Source: a virus (Duplodnaviria > Heunggongvirae > Uroviricota > Caudoviricetes). Taken from it: a stretch of DNA of 40,921 nucleotides. Made by a program: the position numbers and the translations under genes. Within the stretch, counting starts at the first letter, position 1. Every line of letters begins with the position of its first letter. The notes beneath the pieces were generated by a model that had not been told where the DNA came from, searched no databases, and saw nothing but the letters and a program-made list of their open reading frames with translations. The stretch covers positions 1 to 40,921 of IMG/VR virus record IMGVR_UViG_2740892440_000004; one strand, written 5' to 3'. This document shows, piece by piece, positions 19,315 to 29,040 of the stretch.

Positions 19315-20332
19315 ATAATATTTAAATTAAATAGTGGGTTTTTAGTTACTGCATCTTCAAGATGCTCTGGTGAAAAATGGGCATAAACCATAGTCATCTT
19401 AATATCTGAATGCCCTAAAATATCCCTCAAAACGAGTATGTTTCCGCCATTCATCATGAAGTGACTGGCGAATGTGTGGCGCAGTACATGGGTGCATTGG
19501 CCTTCTGGCAGCTCAATACCCGCGCGTTTAACCGCCCGCTCAAAGGCTTTTCTACATGGAGTGAATAGCTTCCCTCTGTTTTTGGGGAGTTCATCATACA
19601 GATCCTGAGATATCGGCACAGTACGGTTTTTCTTGCCTTTTGTTTTTGTATAAGTAATTCGGTATTTCGATATTTGATGGCCCTGCAGATTTTCGGCTTC
19701 ACTCCACCGTGCGCCAGTAGCTAGGCATATTTTTGCAATCATTAGTAAGCTAGGGCTTTGAGATTCAGCACATGCCGCCAACAGGCGCTTGATTTCGTCC
19801 GTGGAAAGAAAAGCCAGCTCACCTTCGGCAATTTTGAAGGTCGGAAGTCCTGCCAGCGGGTTTGGTGCTGACCAGTGTCCTAGTTTTTTTAATGTACCGA
19901 ACACAGATGATAGATTGCGCTGTTCAAGGTTTACCGTGCGGGGCTTAACGGGCGACATAAGCGTGCCATCTTCATTTCGTATTTCACCTTTTAACCGTGC
20001 TTCGCGGTATTTTGTAAAGTCACCAGCTGTCAGTTCTGAGGCGATGGGATCGCCTAGACCATTACAGATAATTCTAAGTTTCGCCATGAGGCGCTTGGGG
20101 TCTGCGAGTGTTTGACCATATAGGGAATACCAAAGCTCAATTAATTCTGATAGCGTCGCCGATCATCCTTTTCACCCAACCACGGTTTTTTATTCACTTC
20201 TTCCATTGTGAAGCTTTCAAACGCAATGGCTTCGCCTTTCGTGGCAAATTGCTTACGCACGCGCTTGCCATTGCGTCCATTGGGATAGCACTCACACAAC
20301 CATTTTCCGTTCGGCTGTTTTCTGATGGTCAT
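19311..20332 (-). pseudogene. int: P2/186-type tyrosine integrase, frameshifted near 20130-20140
   Basis: N-terminal ORF (20141-20332) MTIRKQPNGKWLCECYPNGRNGKRVRKQF... and C-terminal ORF (19311-20087) with HVLRHTFASHFMMNGGNILVLRDILGHSDIKMTMVYAHF; combined length approx. 337 aa. Confidence 0.8.
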
Positions 20333-20333
20333 A

Positions 20334-20966
20334 TCAAAGGCTCTTAATGATTTTCAGTGCGCGGCCTACTACCTCAATGTCATCCAGACCGCACTCAAAC
20401 GATGAATCATCCTGATGCACTACTAATTTGTTTCCCGGGAGTCGAGTCAATTTAACGATGCTTTTTATCCCGTCGATATCGACTAACCACATACCATTTA
20501 CTGGTGGTGTTTGGTTGCGATCTATTAAATAAGAATCACCAGAAGTAGTCACCAGCAGTAGGTTGCTTGAGTCTGAGGGGAGTATGCTGCTATCAATGAT
20601 TGCTTTTCCAGCATCGACCAATAAACCACCGTTGAGAGTCGCCTTGTCAATTTCAGGAGATACTAGTTCAGAAAGAGGTACAACCTTGCTGGAGTTCACG
20701 GAATTGATATTTTTTTTAGGTTCAATGTTTGGACCTGGCTCTCCCTGTCCGGTGGTTAGCCACAGTAAAGAAACTCCTGTTTCCAAGGCGCACTGAATCA
20801 CCCACTCTGCAGGAAAACTATCTCTTAAGTATCTGTTTGCCATGGTGCTTTTTGATGCGCCTAAGTGATCGCAAAGTTGCTGTCTGGACTTGAAATCATA
20901 GGCTGCCATTAGTCTATGGATAGCCTCTCTTCCCCCTGTATTCTCTCCAACCTTTACCTGTATCAT
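20334..20966 (-). CDS. CI-type immunity repressor with N-terminal HTH and LexA-like (S24) C-terminal domain
   Basis: 210 aa; HTH LCDHLGASKSTMANRYL; C-terminal LLLVTTSGDSYLIDRN...GIKSIVKLTRLPGNKLVV aligns with the LexA Ser/Lys region (VSGMSM ... TVKRL..GNKV); divergent from the lytic operon. Confidence 0.75.
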   Translation of the reverse strand: MIQVKVGENTGGREAIHRLMAAYDFKSRQQLCDHLGASKSTMANRYLRDSFPAEWVIQCALETGVSLLWLTTGQGEPGPNIEPKKNINSVNSSKVVPLSELVSPEIDKATLNGGLLVDAGKAIIDSSILPSDSSNLLLVTTSGDSYLIDRNQTPPVNGMWLVDIDGIKSIVKLTRLPGNKLVVHQDDSSFECGLDDIEVVGRALKIIKSL

Positions 20967-20978
20967 TTTTTAATCCTG

Positions 20979-21030
20979 TTGACGTATCAAATATTGGATC
21001 GTAGTATCTCGATGTATCAAATATTGAATC
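20979..21030 (+). promoter_or_regulatory. putative rightward early promoter (TTGACG-17-TAGTAT) overlapping two 20-bp direct-repeat operators
   Basis: -35 TTGACG 20979-20984, 17-nt spacer, -10 TAGTAT 21002-21007; repeats gacgtatcaaatattggatc (20981-21000) and gatgtatcaaatattgaatc (21011-21030). Confidence 0.45.
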
Positions 21031-21085
21031 AGGTAAAACGAGATAAAACGACGTAAACCAAACCTTAATCGGGAGATACTGCACT

Positions 21086-21328
21086 ATGAGCACTGATATT
21101 TCAATTCGTGTACCAAAAGAGATGGCTACGCCTGCAGAGTTCGCGGAATGGGAAGGTATCTCCCGCGGCTCCGTGTATCAAAAAATTCACCATGGTCAGC
21201 TTGCTAAATACATGGTCAAGAAAGAAAAAAACAAAGGCCGCGTAAGCCTGCGTTATTTAATGTACAAAACCGATCAGGTCCGTGAATCCCTCGGTCATTC
21301 CAACTTCCGCGTCATTGTTGGTAAGTAA
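21086..21328 (+). CDS. Apl/Cox-like small DNA-binding regulator/excisionase (first gene of lytic operon)
   Basis: 80 aa, HTH-like segment ATPAEFAEWEGISRGSVYQKIHHGQL, position divergent from CI. Confidence 0.55.
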   Translation: MSTDISIRVPKEMATPAEFAEWEGISRGSVYQKIHHGQLAKYMVKKEKNKGRVSLRYLMYKTDQVRESLGHSNFRVIVGK

Positions 21329-21360
21329 GTTCAATTATGAGAACTTTCTAAGGGGGTAGC

Positions 21361-21870
21361 ATGTTTGATTATAAGATTTCCAAACACCCGCATTTTGATG
21401 AAGCCTGTAGAGCTTTTGCACTTCGTCACAATATGGCGAAGCTGGCAGAACGTGCAGGTATGAATGTCCAGACTCTGCGAAACAAACTCAACCCAGATCA
21501 ACCGCATCAGCTCAATGCGTCAGATATCTGGCTACTTACCGATCTGACGGAAGATTCAACGCTGGTAGACGGTTTTCTGGCACAGATTCACTGCCTGCCA
21601 TGTGTACCGATTAATGAGGTGGCAAAAGAGAAACTGCCACATTACGTCATGAGTGCAACCGCAGAGATCGGGCGTGTTGCTGCAGGTGCGGTATCTGGCG
21701 ATGTAAAAACCAGTGCAGGTCGTCGTGATGCTATCAGCAGCATTAACTCTGTTACACGACTGATGGCGTTAGCTGCTGTTTCATTGCAGGCCCGTTTACA
21801 GGTTAATCCTGCGATGGCAAGTGCAGTTGATACTGTAACTGGCCTCGGTGCTTCATTCGGTTTGCTGTGA
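21361..21870 (+). CDS. cII: CII-like lysogeny establishment regulator (186 CII family)
   Basis: 169 aa beginning MFDYKISKHPHFDEACRAFALRHNMAKLAERAGMNVQTLRNKLNP, closely resembling coliphage 186 CII as recalled. Confidence 0.75.
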   Translation: MFDYKISKHPHFDEACRAFALRHNMAKLAERAGMNVQTLRNKLNPDQPHQLNASDIWLLTDLTEDSTLVDGFLAQIHCLPCVPINEVAKEKLPHYVMSATAEIGRVAAGAVSGDVKTSAGRRDAISSINSVTRLMALAAVSLQARLQVNPAMASAVDTVTGLGASFGLL

Positions 21871-21877
21871 GGTGCTT

Positions 21878-22078
21878 ATGCTGACGAAAGAACCATCATT
21901 TGCATCGCTGCTGGTAAAACAAAGTCCGGCAATGCACTACGGTCACGGCTGGATCATGGGTGAGGATGGTAAACGCTGGCATCCGTGCCGTTCGCAAGAT
22001 GAATTGTTGGCAGAACTATCAACGAAAAAACGGGGGAACAAATGGCTATTGAAGGCGCTGCGGCGACTGTTCCATTAA
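21878..22078 (+). CDS. hypothetical early protein (66 aa)
   Basis: ATG with GAGG RBS; may be fused with the next ORF if a G is missing from the GGGGG run at about 22030. Confidence 0.4.
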   Translation: MLTKEPSFASLLVKQSPAMHYGHGWIMGEDGKRWHPCRSQDELLAELSTKKRGNKWLLKALRRLFH

Positions 22079-22383
22079 GCCCAGGTGAACGCCTGAATGG
22101 ACTTAATCATATTGCGGAATTAAGGGCGAAAGTATTTGGCCTGAATATTGAGTCAGAGCTTGAGCGGTTTATTAAAGATATACGTGATCCACGGGATGTT
22201 AATTATGAACGAAATAAACGAGCACTGGCTGCTATATTCTTTATAGCAAAAATTCCAGCTGAACGTCATAGCATCAGCATTAATGAGCTGACCACTGACG
22301 AAAAGCGGGAGTTGATTAAAGTAATGAATCATCTTCGTGCAGTGGTGAGCTTATTTCCCAGACGGCTAGCCATGCCGAATTAA
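22042..22383 (+). CDS. hypothetical early protein (113 aa)
   Basis: ORF with G-rich RBS. Confidence 0.45.
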   Translation: MAIEGAAATVPLSPGERLNGLNHIAELRAKVFGLNIESELERFIKDIRDPRDVNYERNKRALAAIFFIAKIPAERHSISINELTTDEKRELIKVMNHLRAVVSLFPRRLAMPN

Positions 22384-22450
22384 CCAATTAATGAAATTCA
22401 TGGCGTAAACCCGCCGGGTATTCCTTTATCTAAATTCAGGAGAATTGATT

Positions 22451-22684
22451 ATGCGTAATATTGAAACCCTCTCGACTAAAACCGGACCGGATGACGCAGG
22501 ACTTAATATTTTACTGACAGAGGCTCGTCTGGAAGAACGTCGGGCAAGAGCTGAAGCAATGGCAGCTCGCCTTGATAGCCTTGCGTGCCATATCACATCC
22601 CGCCAGCTAAACCACGTTGAAGCGGCTGAACTGCTGCGTGTGGCAGCTGAAGCAATCCAGAACGAAGCGCAGGAGATCCACTAA
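22451..22684 (+). CDS. hypothetical early protein (approx. 77 aa)
   Basis: AGGAG RBS 6 nt upstream of ATG 22451. Confidence 0.45.
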   Translation: MRNIETLSTKTGPDDAGLNILLTEARLEERRARAEAMAARLDSLACHITSRQLNHVEAAELLRVAAEAIQNEAQEIH

Positions 22685-22911
22685 TGGCTGATGCAATGGA
22701 TCTCGTACAGCAGCGCGTTGAAGAAGAACGCCAGCGTCATATCCGTGCTGCCCGTGCCAAAACGCCGGGCGTGTCCCGCGTGCTTTGCATTGAGTGTGAA
22801 GCGCCAATTCCGCCAGCACGCCGCCGTGCCATTCCGGGTGTGCAGCTTTGCATTACCTGTCAGGAAATCGCAGAGCTGAAAGGCAAACATTACAACGGAG
22901 GTGCTGTATGA
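22684..22911 (+). CDS. TraR/DksA-family C4 zinc-finger protein
   Basis: CIECEAPIPPARRRAIPGVQLCITCQE, a C-x2-C...C-x2-C motif typical of phage TraR/DksA-like proteins. Confidence 0.7.
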   Translation: MADAMDLVQQRVEEERQRHIRAARAKTPGVSRVLCIECEAPIPPARRRAIPGVQLCITCQEIAELKGKHYNGGAV

Positions 22912-23765
22912 GCACCATCCTGAAATGGGCGGGAAATAAAACCGCCATTATGTCCGAACTGAAAAAGCATCTTCCTGCTGGCCCGCGACTGGTTGAACCT
23001 TTCGCGGGTTCCTGTGCAGTGATGATGGAGACGGAGTACCCCAGCTATCTTGTTGCGGATATTAATCCTGATTTAATCAACCTCTATAAAAAGGTTGCTG
23101 CTGATTGTGAATCGTTTATATCTCGCGCCAGAGTTTTATTTGAGATCGCAAACAGGGAGGTGGCTTATTACAACATAAGGCAGGAGTTTAATTACTCAAC
23201 TGAAATTACTGATTTCATGAAAGCGGTATATTTCCTGTATCTCAATCGTCACGGTTACCGTGGTTTATGTCGCTATAACAAGAGCGGGCATTTCAACATT
23301 CCCTACGGTAATTATAAAAATCCGTATTTCCCTGAAAAAGAAATTCGCGCATTTGCAGAAAAAGCCCAGCGAGCAACGTTTATCTGCGCCAGCTTTGATG
23401 AAACGCTGGCGATGTTGAAGGCGGGGGATGTGGTGTATTGCGATCCGCCGTATGACGGTACGTTTTCCGGCTATCACACTGATGGTTTCACTGAAGATGA
23501 CCAGTATCACCTGGCATCCGTTCTTGAACATCGGTCATCAGAAGGACATCCGGTCATTGTTTCTAACAGTGACACATCCCTGATCCGTTCGCTGTATCGC
23601 AATTTTACTCACCACTATATCAAGGTAAAACGCAGCATCGGTGTGGCAGCTGGCGAGGGTAAATCAGCAACAGAAATCATTGCTGTTTCCGGGCCGCGCT
23701 GCTGGGTGGGATTTGATTATTCGCGTGGCGTGGATAGTTCTGCCGTGTACGGAGTACGTGCATGA
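22908..23765 (+). CDS. dam: DNA adenine methyltransferase (Dam-like, N6-adenine)
   Basis: N-terminal LKWAGNK...EPFAGSCAV (SAM-binding) and catalytic DPPY ([13 protein letters not shown]). Confidence 0.85.
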   Translation: MSTILKWAGNKTAIMSELKKHLPAGPRLVEPFAGSCAVMMETEYPSYLVADINPDLINLYKKVAADCESFISRARVLFEIANREVAYYNIRQEFNYSTEITDFMKAVYFLYLNRHGYRGLCRYNKSGHFNIPYGNYKNPYFPEKEIRAFAEKAQRATFICASFDETLAMLKAGDVVYCDPPYDGTFSGYHTDGFTEDDQYHLASVLEHRSSEGHPVIVSNSDTSLIRSLYRNFTHHYIKVKRSIGVAAGEGKSATEIIAVSGPRCWVGFDYSRGVDSSAVYGVRA

Positions 23766-26175
23766 GCCATGCCGATATGAACAACTGCTGCGGCTTTAAC
23801 GAGGCTGCCGCAGCGTTCTCATGGAACAGCCCGAAAAAGGCCATTAACCCTTATCTGGACCCGGCGGAAGTTGCGCCGGTTTCTGCGCTTTCAAACCTGA
23901 TCGCTCTGTACGCTGCCGATAACGAGCAGGAACACCTGCGCCGCGAGGCACTGAGTGATCAGGTCTGGGAGCGTTATTTCTTTAATGAATCCCGTGATCC
24001 TGTCCAGCGCGAAATGGAGCAGGATAAGCTCATTAGTCGGGCAAAGCTGGCGCATGAGCAGCAGCGTTTTAATCCAGATATGGTCATTCTGGCGGACGTC
24101 AATGCCCAGCCTTCCCATATCAGCAAGCCGCTGATGCAACGTATTGAATACTTCAGCAGCCTGGGCAGGCCAAAGGCTTATTCCCGCTATTTGCGTGAGA
24201 CGATTAAGCCATGTCTGGAGCGACTGGAGCATGTACGCGACAGCCAGCTATCTGCATCTTTTCGTTTTATGGCAAGCCATGTAGGGCTGGACGGCCTGCT
24301 GATTCTGCCTGAAATGAGTCAGGATCAGGTGAAACGCCTGTCTACTCTTGTCGCTGCGCATATGAGCATGTGTCTTGATGCCGCTTGTGGTGATTTGTAC
24401 GCCACCGATGACGTTAAGCCAGAAGAAATCCGCAAAACATGGGAAAAGGTGGCAGCGGAAACCCTGCGTCTGGATGTTATTCCGCCTGCGTTTGAGCAAC
24501 TCCGTCGGAAAAGAAACCGCCGTCAACCCGTGCCCTATGAACTCATTCCGGGTTCGCTGGCGCGTATGTTGTGTGCCGACTGGTGGTACCGGAAATTATG
24601 GAAAATGCGTTGCGAATGGCGGGAAGAGCAGTTGCGTGCTGTCTGCCTGGTCAGCAAAAAAGCATCTCCCTATGTCAGCTATGAAGCCGTGATTCATAAA
24701 CGTGAGCAGCGCCGCAAGTCACTGGAGTTTTTCCGTTCTCATGAACTGGTGAACGAAGAGGGCGACACGCTGGATATGGAAGACGTGGTAAACGCCAGCA
24801 GCAGCAACCCGGCGCACCGCCGCAATGAGATGATGGCCTGTGTTAAAGGTCTGGAGCTTATCGCGGAAATGCGCGGTGACTGCGCCGTTTTCTACACCAT
24901 TACCTGTCCGTCACGTTTCCATTCCACGCTCAATAACGGCAGACCAAACCCAACCTGGACAAATGCGACGGTAAGACAAAGCAGCGATTATCTGGTCGGC
25001 ATGTTTGCTGCATTTCGTAAGGCGATGCACAAAGCCGGGTTGCGCTGGTATGGCGTGCGGGTGGCTGAGCCGCATCATGACGGTACAGTTCACTGGCACC
25101 TGTTGTGTTTCATGCGCAAAAAAGACCGCCGCGCCATTACTGCATTGTTGCGTAAGTTTGCCATCCGTGAAGACCGCGAGGAACTGGGTAATAACACTGG
25201 TCCACGCTTTAAATCTGAGCTGATAAACCCGCGCAAAGGAACGCCGACAAGCTACATCGCGAAATACATCAGTAAGAACATTGACGGGCGTGGTCTGGCT
25301 GGCGAGATCAGCAAGGAAACGGGTAAATCCCTGCGTGATAACGCTGAATACGTTAATGCCTGGCGTCTCTGCATCGTGTACAGCAATTCCGCTTCTTTGG
25401 TATTCCGGGACGTCAGGCTTACCGTGAACTTCGCTTGCTGGCTGGTCAGGCGGCAAGGCAACAGGGTGACAAAAAAGCAGGTGCGCCGGTACTGGATAAC
25501 CCGCGTCTTGATGCCATTCTGGCTGCTGCTGATGCTGGTTGTTTTGCCACCTACATCATGAAGCAGGGCGGCGTACTGGTTCCCCGCAAATATCACCTCA
25601 TCAGAACCGCTTATGAAATCAACGAAGAGCCGACCGCCTATGGCGATCACGGCATTCGTATTTATGGCATCTGGTCACCCATTGCAGAGGGCAAGATCTG
25701 CACTCATGCAGTGAAGTGGAAAATGGTTCGTAAGGCCGTTGACGTTCAGGAGGCGGCAGCCGACCAGGGCGCTTGCGCCCCTTGGACTCGTGGCAATAAC
25801 TGTCCCCTTGCTGAAAATTTGAACCAACAGGAGAAAGATAAATCAGCTGATGGGGACCCCAGAACGGACATTACCAGCATGGATGACAAGGAGTTGCACG
25901 ATTACCTGCACAGTATGAGCAAAAAAGAGCGCCGGGAACTGGCAGCAAGGTTATGCCTGGTGAAACCGAAACGGCGTAAAGACTACAAACAGCGAATTAC
26001 AGACCATCAGCGACTGCAGCTCGTGTATGAGCTGAAGTCCAGAGGATTTGATGGCAGCGAGAAAGAGGTCGATTTACTCCTTCGCGGAGGCAGTATTCCG
26101 TCAGGAGCAGGCCTGCGTATCTTCTATCGGAGCCAGCGTTTGCAGGAAGATGATCAGTGGCGGAACCTGTATTAA
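23762..26175 (+). pseudogene. P2 gpA-family replication initiation endonuclease, frameshifted at about 25363
   Basis: HUH-like [11 protein letters not shown] and catalytic tyrosines YIAKYISKN; frame a ends in junk after ...EYVNAW while frame b continues [29 protein letters not shown]...; restoring one G in tgg-cg fuses approx. 805 aa. Confidence 0.8.
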
Positions 26176-26267
26176 TTACGCGGGTTAACAATTCGTGCTC
26201 TTAATAATACCAGGCATATCAGGCTGATGAATGTAAAAAAACGTTTTACATCAGTAAGATTATTATA

Positions 26268-26287
26268 TACTGTAAATATAAACAGTG
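26268..26287. promoter_or_regulatory. LexA (SOS) box
   Basis: TACTGTAAATATAAACAGTG fits CTG-N10-CAG SOS-box consensus; lies 40 bp upstream of the small ORF / DinI-like operon. Confidence 0.6.
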
Positions 26288-26328
26288 GTTATACATACAG
26301 TATTGCGTGTGGTGTCATAGGAGGAAAG

Positions 26329-26517
26329 ATGCAGGACTATTTTTTGGAGTCTTTGAAGCTCCAGCGCATTGATTTTTTTCTTAAGCTTGTAGCGGCTAGT
26401 GAGTGTAGTGATGAAGAGAAGGGGCTGGCTCTGCAGTGGGTTTCTGAATTGACTGATGAACTCATGGCAAAAATCAGAACCCACGAATACAACCGCTCAA
26501 TGGATGTCATCAGCTGA
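26329..26517 (+). CDS. hypothetical small protein (62 aa) in SOS-controlled operon
   Basis: GGAGG RBS then ATG 26329. Confidence 0.45.
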   Translation: MQDYFLESLKLQRIDFFLKLVAASECSDEEKGLALQWVSELTDELMAKIRTHEYNRSMDVIS

Positions 26518-26527
26518 GGTGACTTTT

Positions 26528-26761
26528 ATGCGCATTGAAATAATGATCGATAAAGAGCAGAAGATTAGCCAGTCTACCCTGGACGCCCTTGAATCCGAGC
26601 TTTACCGCAATCTGCGCCCCCTGTATCCCAAAACGGTAATTCGCATTCGCAAAGGTAGCTCTAACGGTGTGGAACTAACCGGACTGCAACTGGACGAAGA
26701 AAGAAAACAAGTGATGAAAATTATGCAGAAGGTGTGGGAAGACGACAGCTGGCTGCATTAA
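26528..26761 (+). CDS. DinI-like protein (Tum/antirepressor C-terminal-domain-like)
   Basis: 77 aa MRIEIMIDKEQ...LYRNLRPLYPK...VWEDDSWLH resembles the DinI family (MRIEV...E.W....W). Confidence 0.7.
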   Translation: MRIEIMIDKEQKISQSTLDALESELYRNLRPLYPKTVIRIRKGSSNGVELTGLQLDEERKQVMKIMQKVWEDDSWLH

Positions 26762-26799
26762 GAAACGTTGCTGGCGTCTGAACTTGCTTCTGGCGTCAG

Positions 26800-26995
26800 C
26801 AAGGTTGAACAACGAGCCCTTGCGAGGCGTTAGCTCTGTAGTGCATGTCTATGCCGCATGAGATCGCATGATCGTTTGAGGATCGTTTTTGCTAAGGCCC
26901 GCCAGAACTGGCGGGCTTTTGCGTAGCTCATGCAGGTGCATGAAAACCACTACATAAAGCGGGCAGGCGTGGCGGGGATACGAGCGCGCGAAATC
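26800..26995. other. cos-like packaging site of the 186/P2-like prophage (candidate)
   Basis: non-coding; core GGCGTGGCGGGGATACGAGC at 26966-26985 shares its first 13 nt with the recalled 186 cohesive end GGCGTGGCGGGGAAAGCAT; homologous to the satellite block at 12290-12445. Confidence 0.4.
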
Positions 26996-27131
26996 CCTTA
27001 CTATGAAGAAAAGTGTGACTTAATTACCAACCAGGGTTAAGCTTTGATTCATATTGAGAGTAAGTTGAACTAGAATATTTTAACAGAGAGGAACCACTGA
27101 GCGGTGGTGTTTTTTTGAACAAGGAGCAATT

Positions 27132-27827
27132 ATGAAATTGATTGAACAGACGCATCAGATTAATTTTTTCACAAATAATAATGATATAGTTCCAAATACA
27201 CTAACTATTGGATCTATGCTTGATAAGATTGGAAAATTTGGATTTGTACCTACTTTTGGTCAGGAGATTAATGCCATCACTGGTGAGAAAAAGCAAATTC
27301 TTATCATGGTAGATACCAATCAAACAGTAAGAGTCGAGTTTCCTAGCCATGGAATCATTTTTAATGGTTTGGGGGGGGAACCTCAAGCGTTTTCAGAAAT
27401 GGTTCTATCTATATCTAGGGAACTACAAAACGTATTTCCGATGAAAAAAGGAAATAGGATAGCTGTTCTGAATTCACGTATCTATCAAGGGGATGAATCT
27501 GTTTACTCTTCGCTTTACAATGCTTTGTTTACCTATAAAGGTGTTAATCCATTTGAGTGGGACAATCGTATAGCTGTAAGGAAAAATATTGAAGAGTATC
27601 AGGAAGAAATTAATAGTATTAGTACAATTAGACGCGCTGAAATTTCAGCTCCATTTTTGAATAATGGTATGCCAAGTGATTGCGTATTATTTGAAACTGA
27701 TACTAATACTCTTCCTCAAAATGGATATATGCGGTTTGGTTGGGATGAATATATCCGCGTGCTAGAGTTATTGTGTCAGGACAATCTTAAAACTATTGAT
27801 AATTTACAACGCTACACTTCTCTGTAA
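27132..27827 (+). CDS. cargo protein X1 (231 aa), unknown function
   Basis: low-GC ORF, first of three tightly spaced genes between the cos-like site and the portal gene; no recognisable motif. Confidence 0.75.
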   Translation: MKLIEQTHQINFFTNNNDIVPNTLTIGSMLDKIGKFGFVPTFGQEINAITGEKKQILIMVDTNQTVRVEFPSHGIIFNGLGGEPQAFSEMVLSISRELQNVFPMKKGNRIAVLNSRIYQGDESVYSSLYNALFTYKGVNPFEWDNRIAVRKNIEEYQEEINSISTIRRAEISAPFLNNGMPSDCVLFETDTNTLPQNGYMRFGWDEYIRVLELLCQDNLKTIDNLQRYTSL

Positions 27828-27836
27828 GGTGATGCT

Positions 27837-28484
27837 ATGGTAAAGAATAGTTTTATAATAAGTGATGAAAAGCCTTTTGGCTTACCTAAGTTTAAAAATG
27901 GGGTAAGTTCAATAGGTGCATTTTCTGATTATTATGATGGTAACAATATCATTTACGCTGATATTAAAAGAAATGAGCTGTCACATAGCAAAACAAATGG
28001 TGGCTTTCAATTAGAGACTGAGTCAATAAATCAAGGTTCGTCAACTAAGCAGAACTTTGAAATTCAGGTTTCAAAATGTACCTCTAGACTAATTGAGTTA
28101 ACATGTTCAGAAGATTACATTGAAGGCGAGATAAGCAAGACACAGATTTACATGGAGTTCTTGTATGATAAAAATCAGGATTTATTCCAAGAGTCCTTTC
28201 AAAGGACATGGGTACAATTGTACAGAATGAATGATCAACATGTAAAGAACTTCATTAATTTTGCATCGACTATTGAATATGAATGGTTAGGTAATAAAGC
28301 TGACGCTATGATTATGGGAGTTTGTTCTCTTGAGAATGAACTTATATTTGAGGCAGCGATCCGTGCAGTTGAGTCTTGGGGGGAAAAATCATTTATTCCA
28401 GTCCTTGAAAGAATGAGGAAATTTGATGCTGATTGGGTGGAAGAATATAAAGAAGCAGTTATAGGATATTTGAGAAGTCTATAA
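27837..28484 (+). CDS. cargo protein X2 (215 aa), unknown function
   Basis: AGGTGA RBS; 9 bp after X1; no recognisable motif. Confidence 0.75.
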   Translation: MVKNSFIISDEKPFGLPKFKNGVSSIGAFSDYYDGNNIIYADIKRNELSHSKTNGGFQLETESINQGSSTKQNFEIQVSKCTSRLIELTCSEDYIEGEISKTQIYMEFLYDKNQDLFQESFQRTWVQLYRMNDQHVKNFINFASTIEYEWLGNKADAMIMGVCSLENELIFEAAIRAVESWGEKSFIPVLERMRKFDADWVEEYKEAVIGYLRSL

Positions 28485-29005
28485 TGACATATTTATTGCG
28501 TAAAATATCCCATAGTAAATGGGAATGTAATAAAGGTAGAGCACCTGACAATATATCCGCAGACGCGATAACAGGTTGCACAAGGACCTCTAATAACACC
28601 TTGTCAGTTTGGGTTTCTGACTCTATCGATTTTCAAGATGAATCGGTAGAGAAAATTATTGTTGCCCTTGCCACCACGATGTCAGAGCCAGCTACGATAG
28701 ATTTGGTTTGGCTTGATTCACAATGGTTTGAAGATAAAGGTATTGATATTTCTCGTACTGAAGGAAATACTTTGTATAAATCAGTTAACCATTTGCATCG
28801 AGATCTGTCAGAATTAAATCATAGAAAGCTTGCTGAGGTTGGTGAACATATACTTGAGCAATTAAAATCTAAGGATTATTATAAAAGAATCCTCAAGAGT
28901 GAACTTATAGCCTTAGTTTTTAAATGGCAGCAGCGAGATGGTGATTTTGATATTGATGATTTGGGACAGAAGTGGTCTAAGTCATTAAATAAACTGATTA
29001 ACTGA
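28484..29005 (+). CDS. cargo protein X3 (173 aa), unknown function
   Basis: start overlaps X2 stop (TAATG); no recognisable motif. Confidence 0.75.
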   Translation: MTYLLRKISHSKWECNKGRAPDNISADAITGCTRTSNNTLSVWVSDSIDFQDESVEKIIVALATTMSEPATIDLVWLDSQWFEDKGIDISRTEGNTLYKSVNHLHRDLSELNHRKLAEVGEHILEQLKSKDYYKRILKSELIALVFKWQQRDGDFDIDDLGQKWSKSLNKLIN

Positions 29006-29010
29006 TTTTC

Positions 29011-29040
29011 AAAAGCCCTCGATTGAGGGCTTGCTTTAAA
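29011..29040. terminator. bidirectional rho-independent terminator between cargo operon and portal gene
   Basis: hairpin agccctc-gatt-gagggct flanked by AAAA upstream and TTTAAAAATT downstream. Confidence 0.55.

Noticed and set aside
22684-22911. Calling the zinc-finger ORF the late activator Ogr
   Set aside because: Its C-x2-C...C-x2-C spacing and early-region position fit TraR/DksA-like proteins better; Ogr in P2-family phages lies at the far end next to the tail genes, outside this window. The Ogr/Delta-type finger in this window is the satellite gene at 11939-12211.
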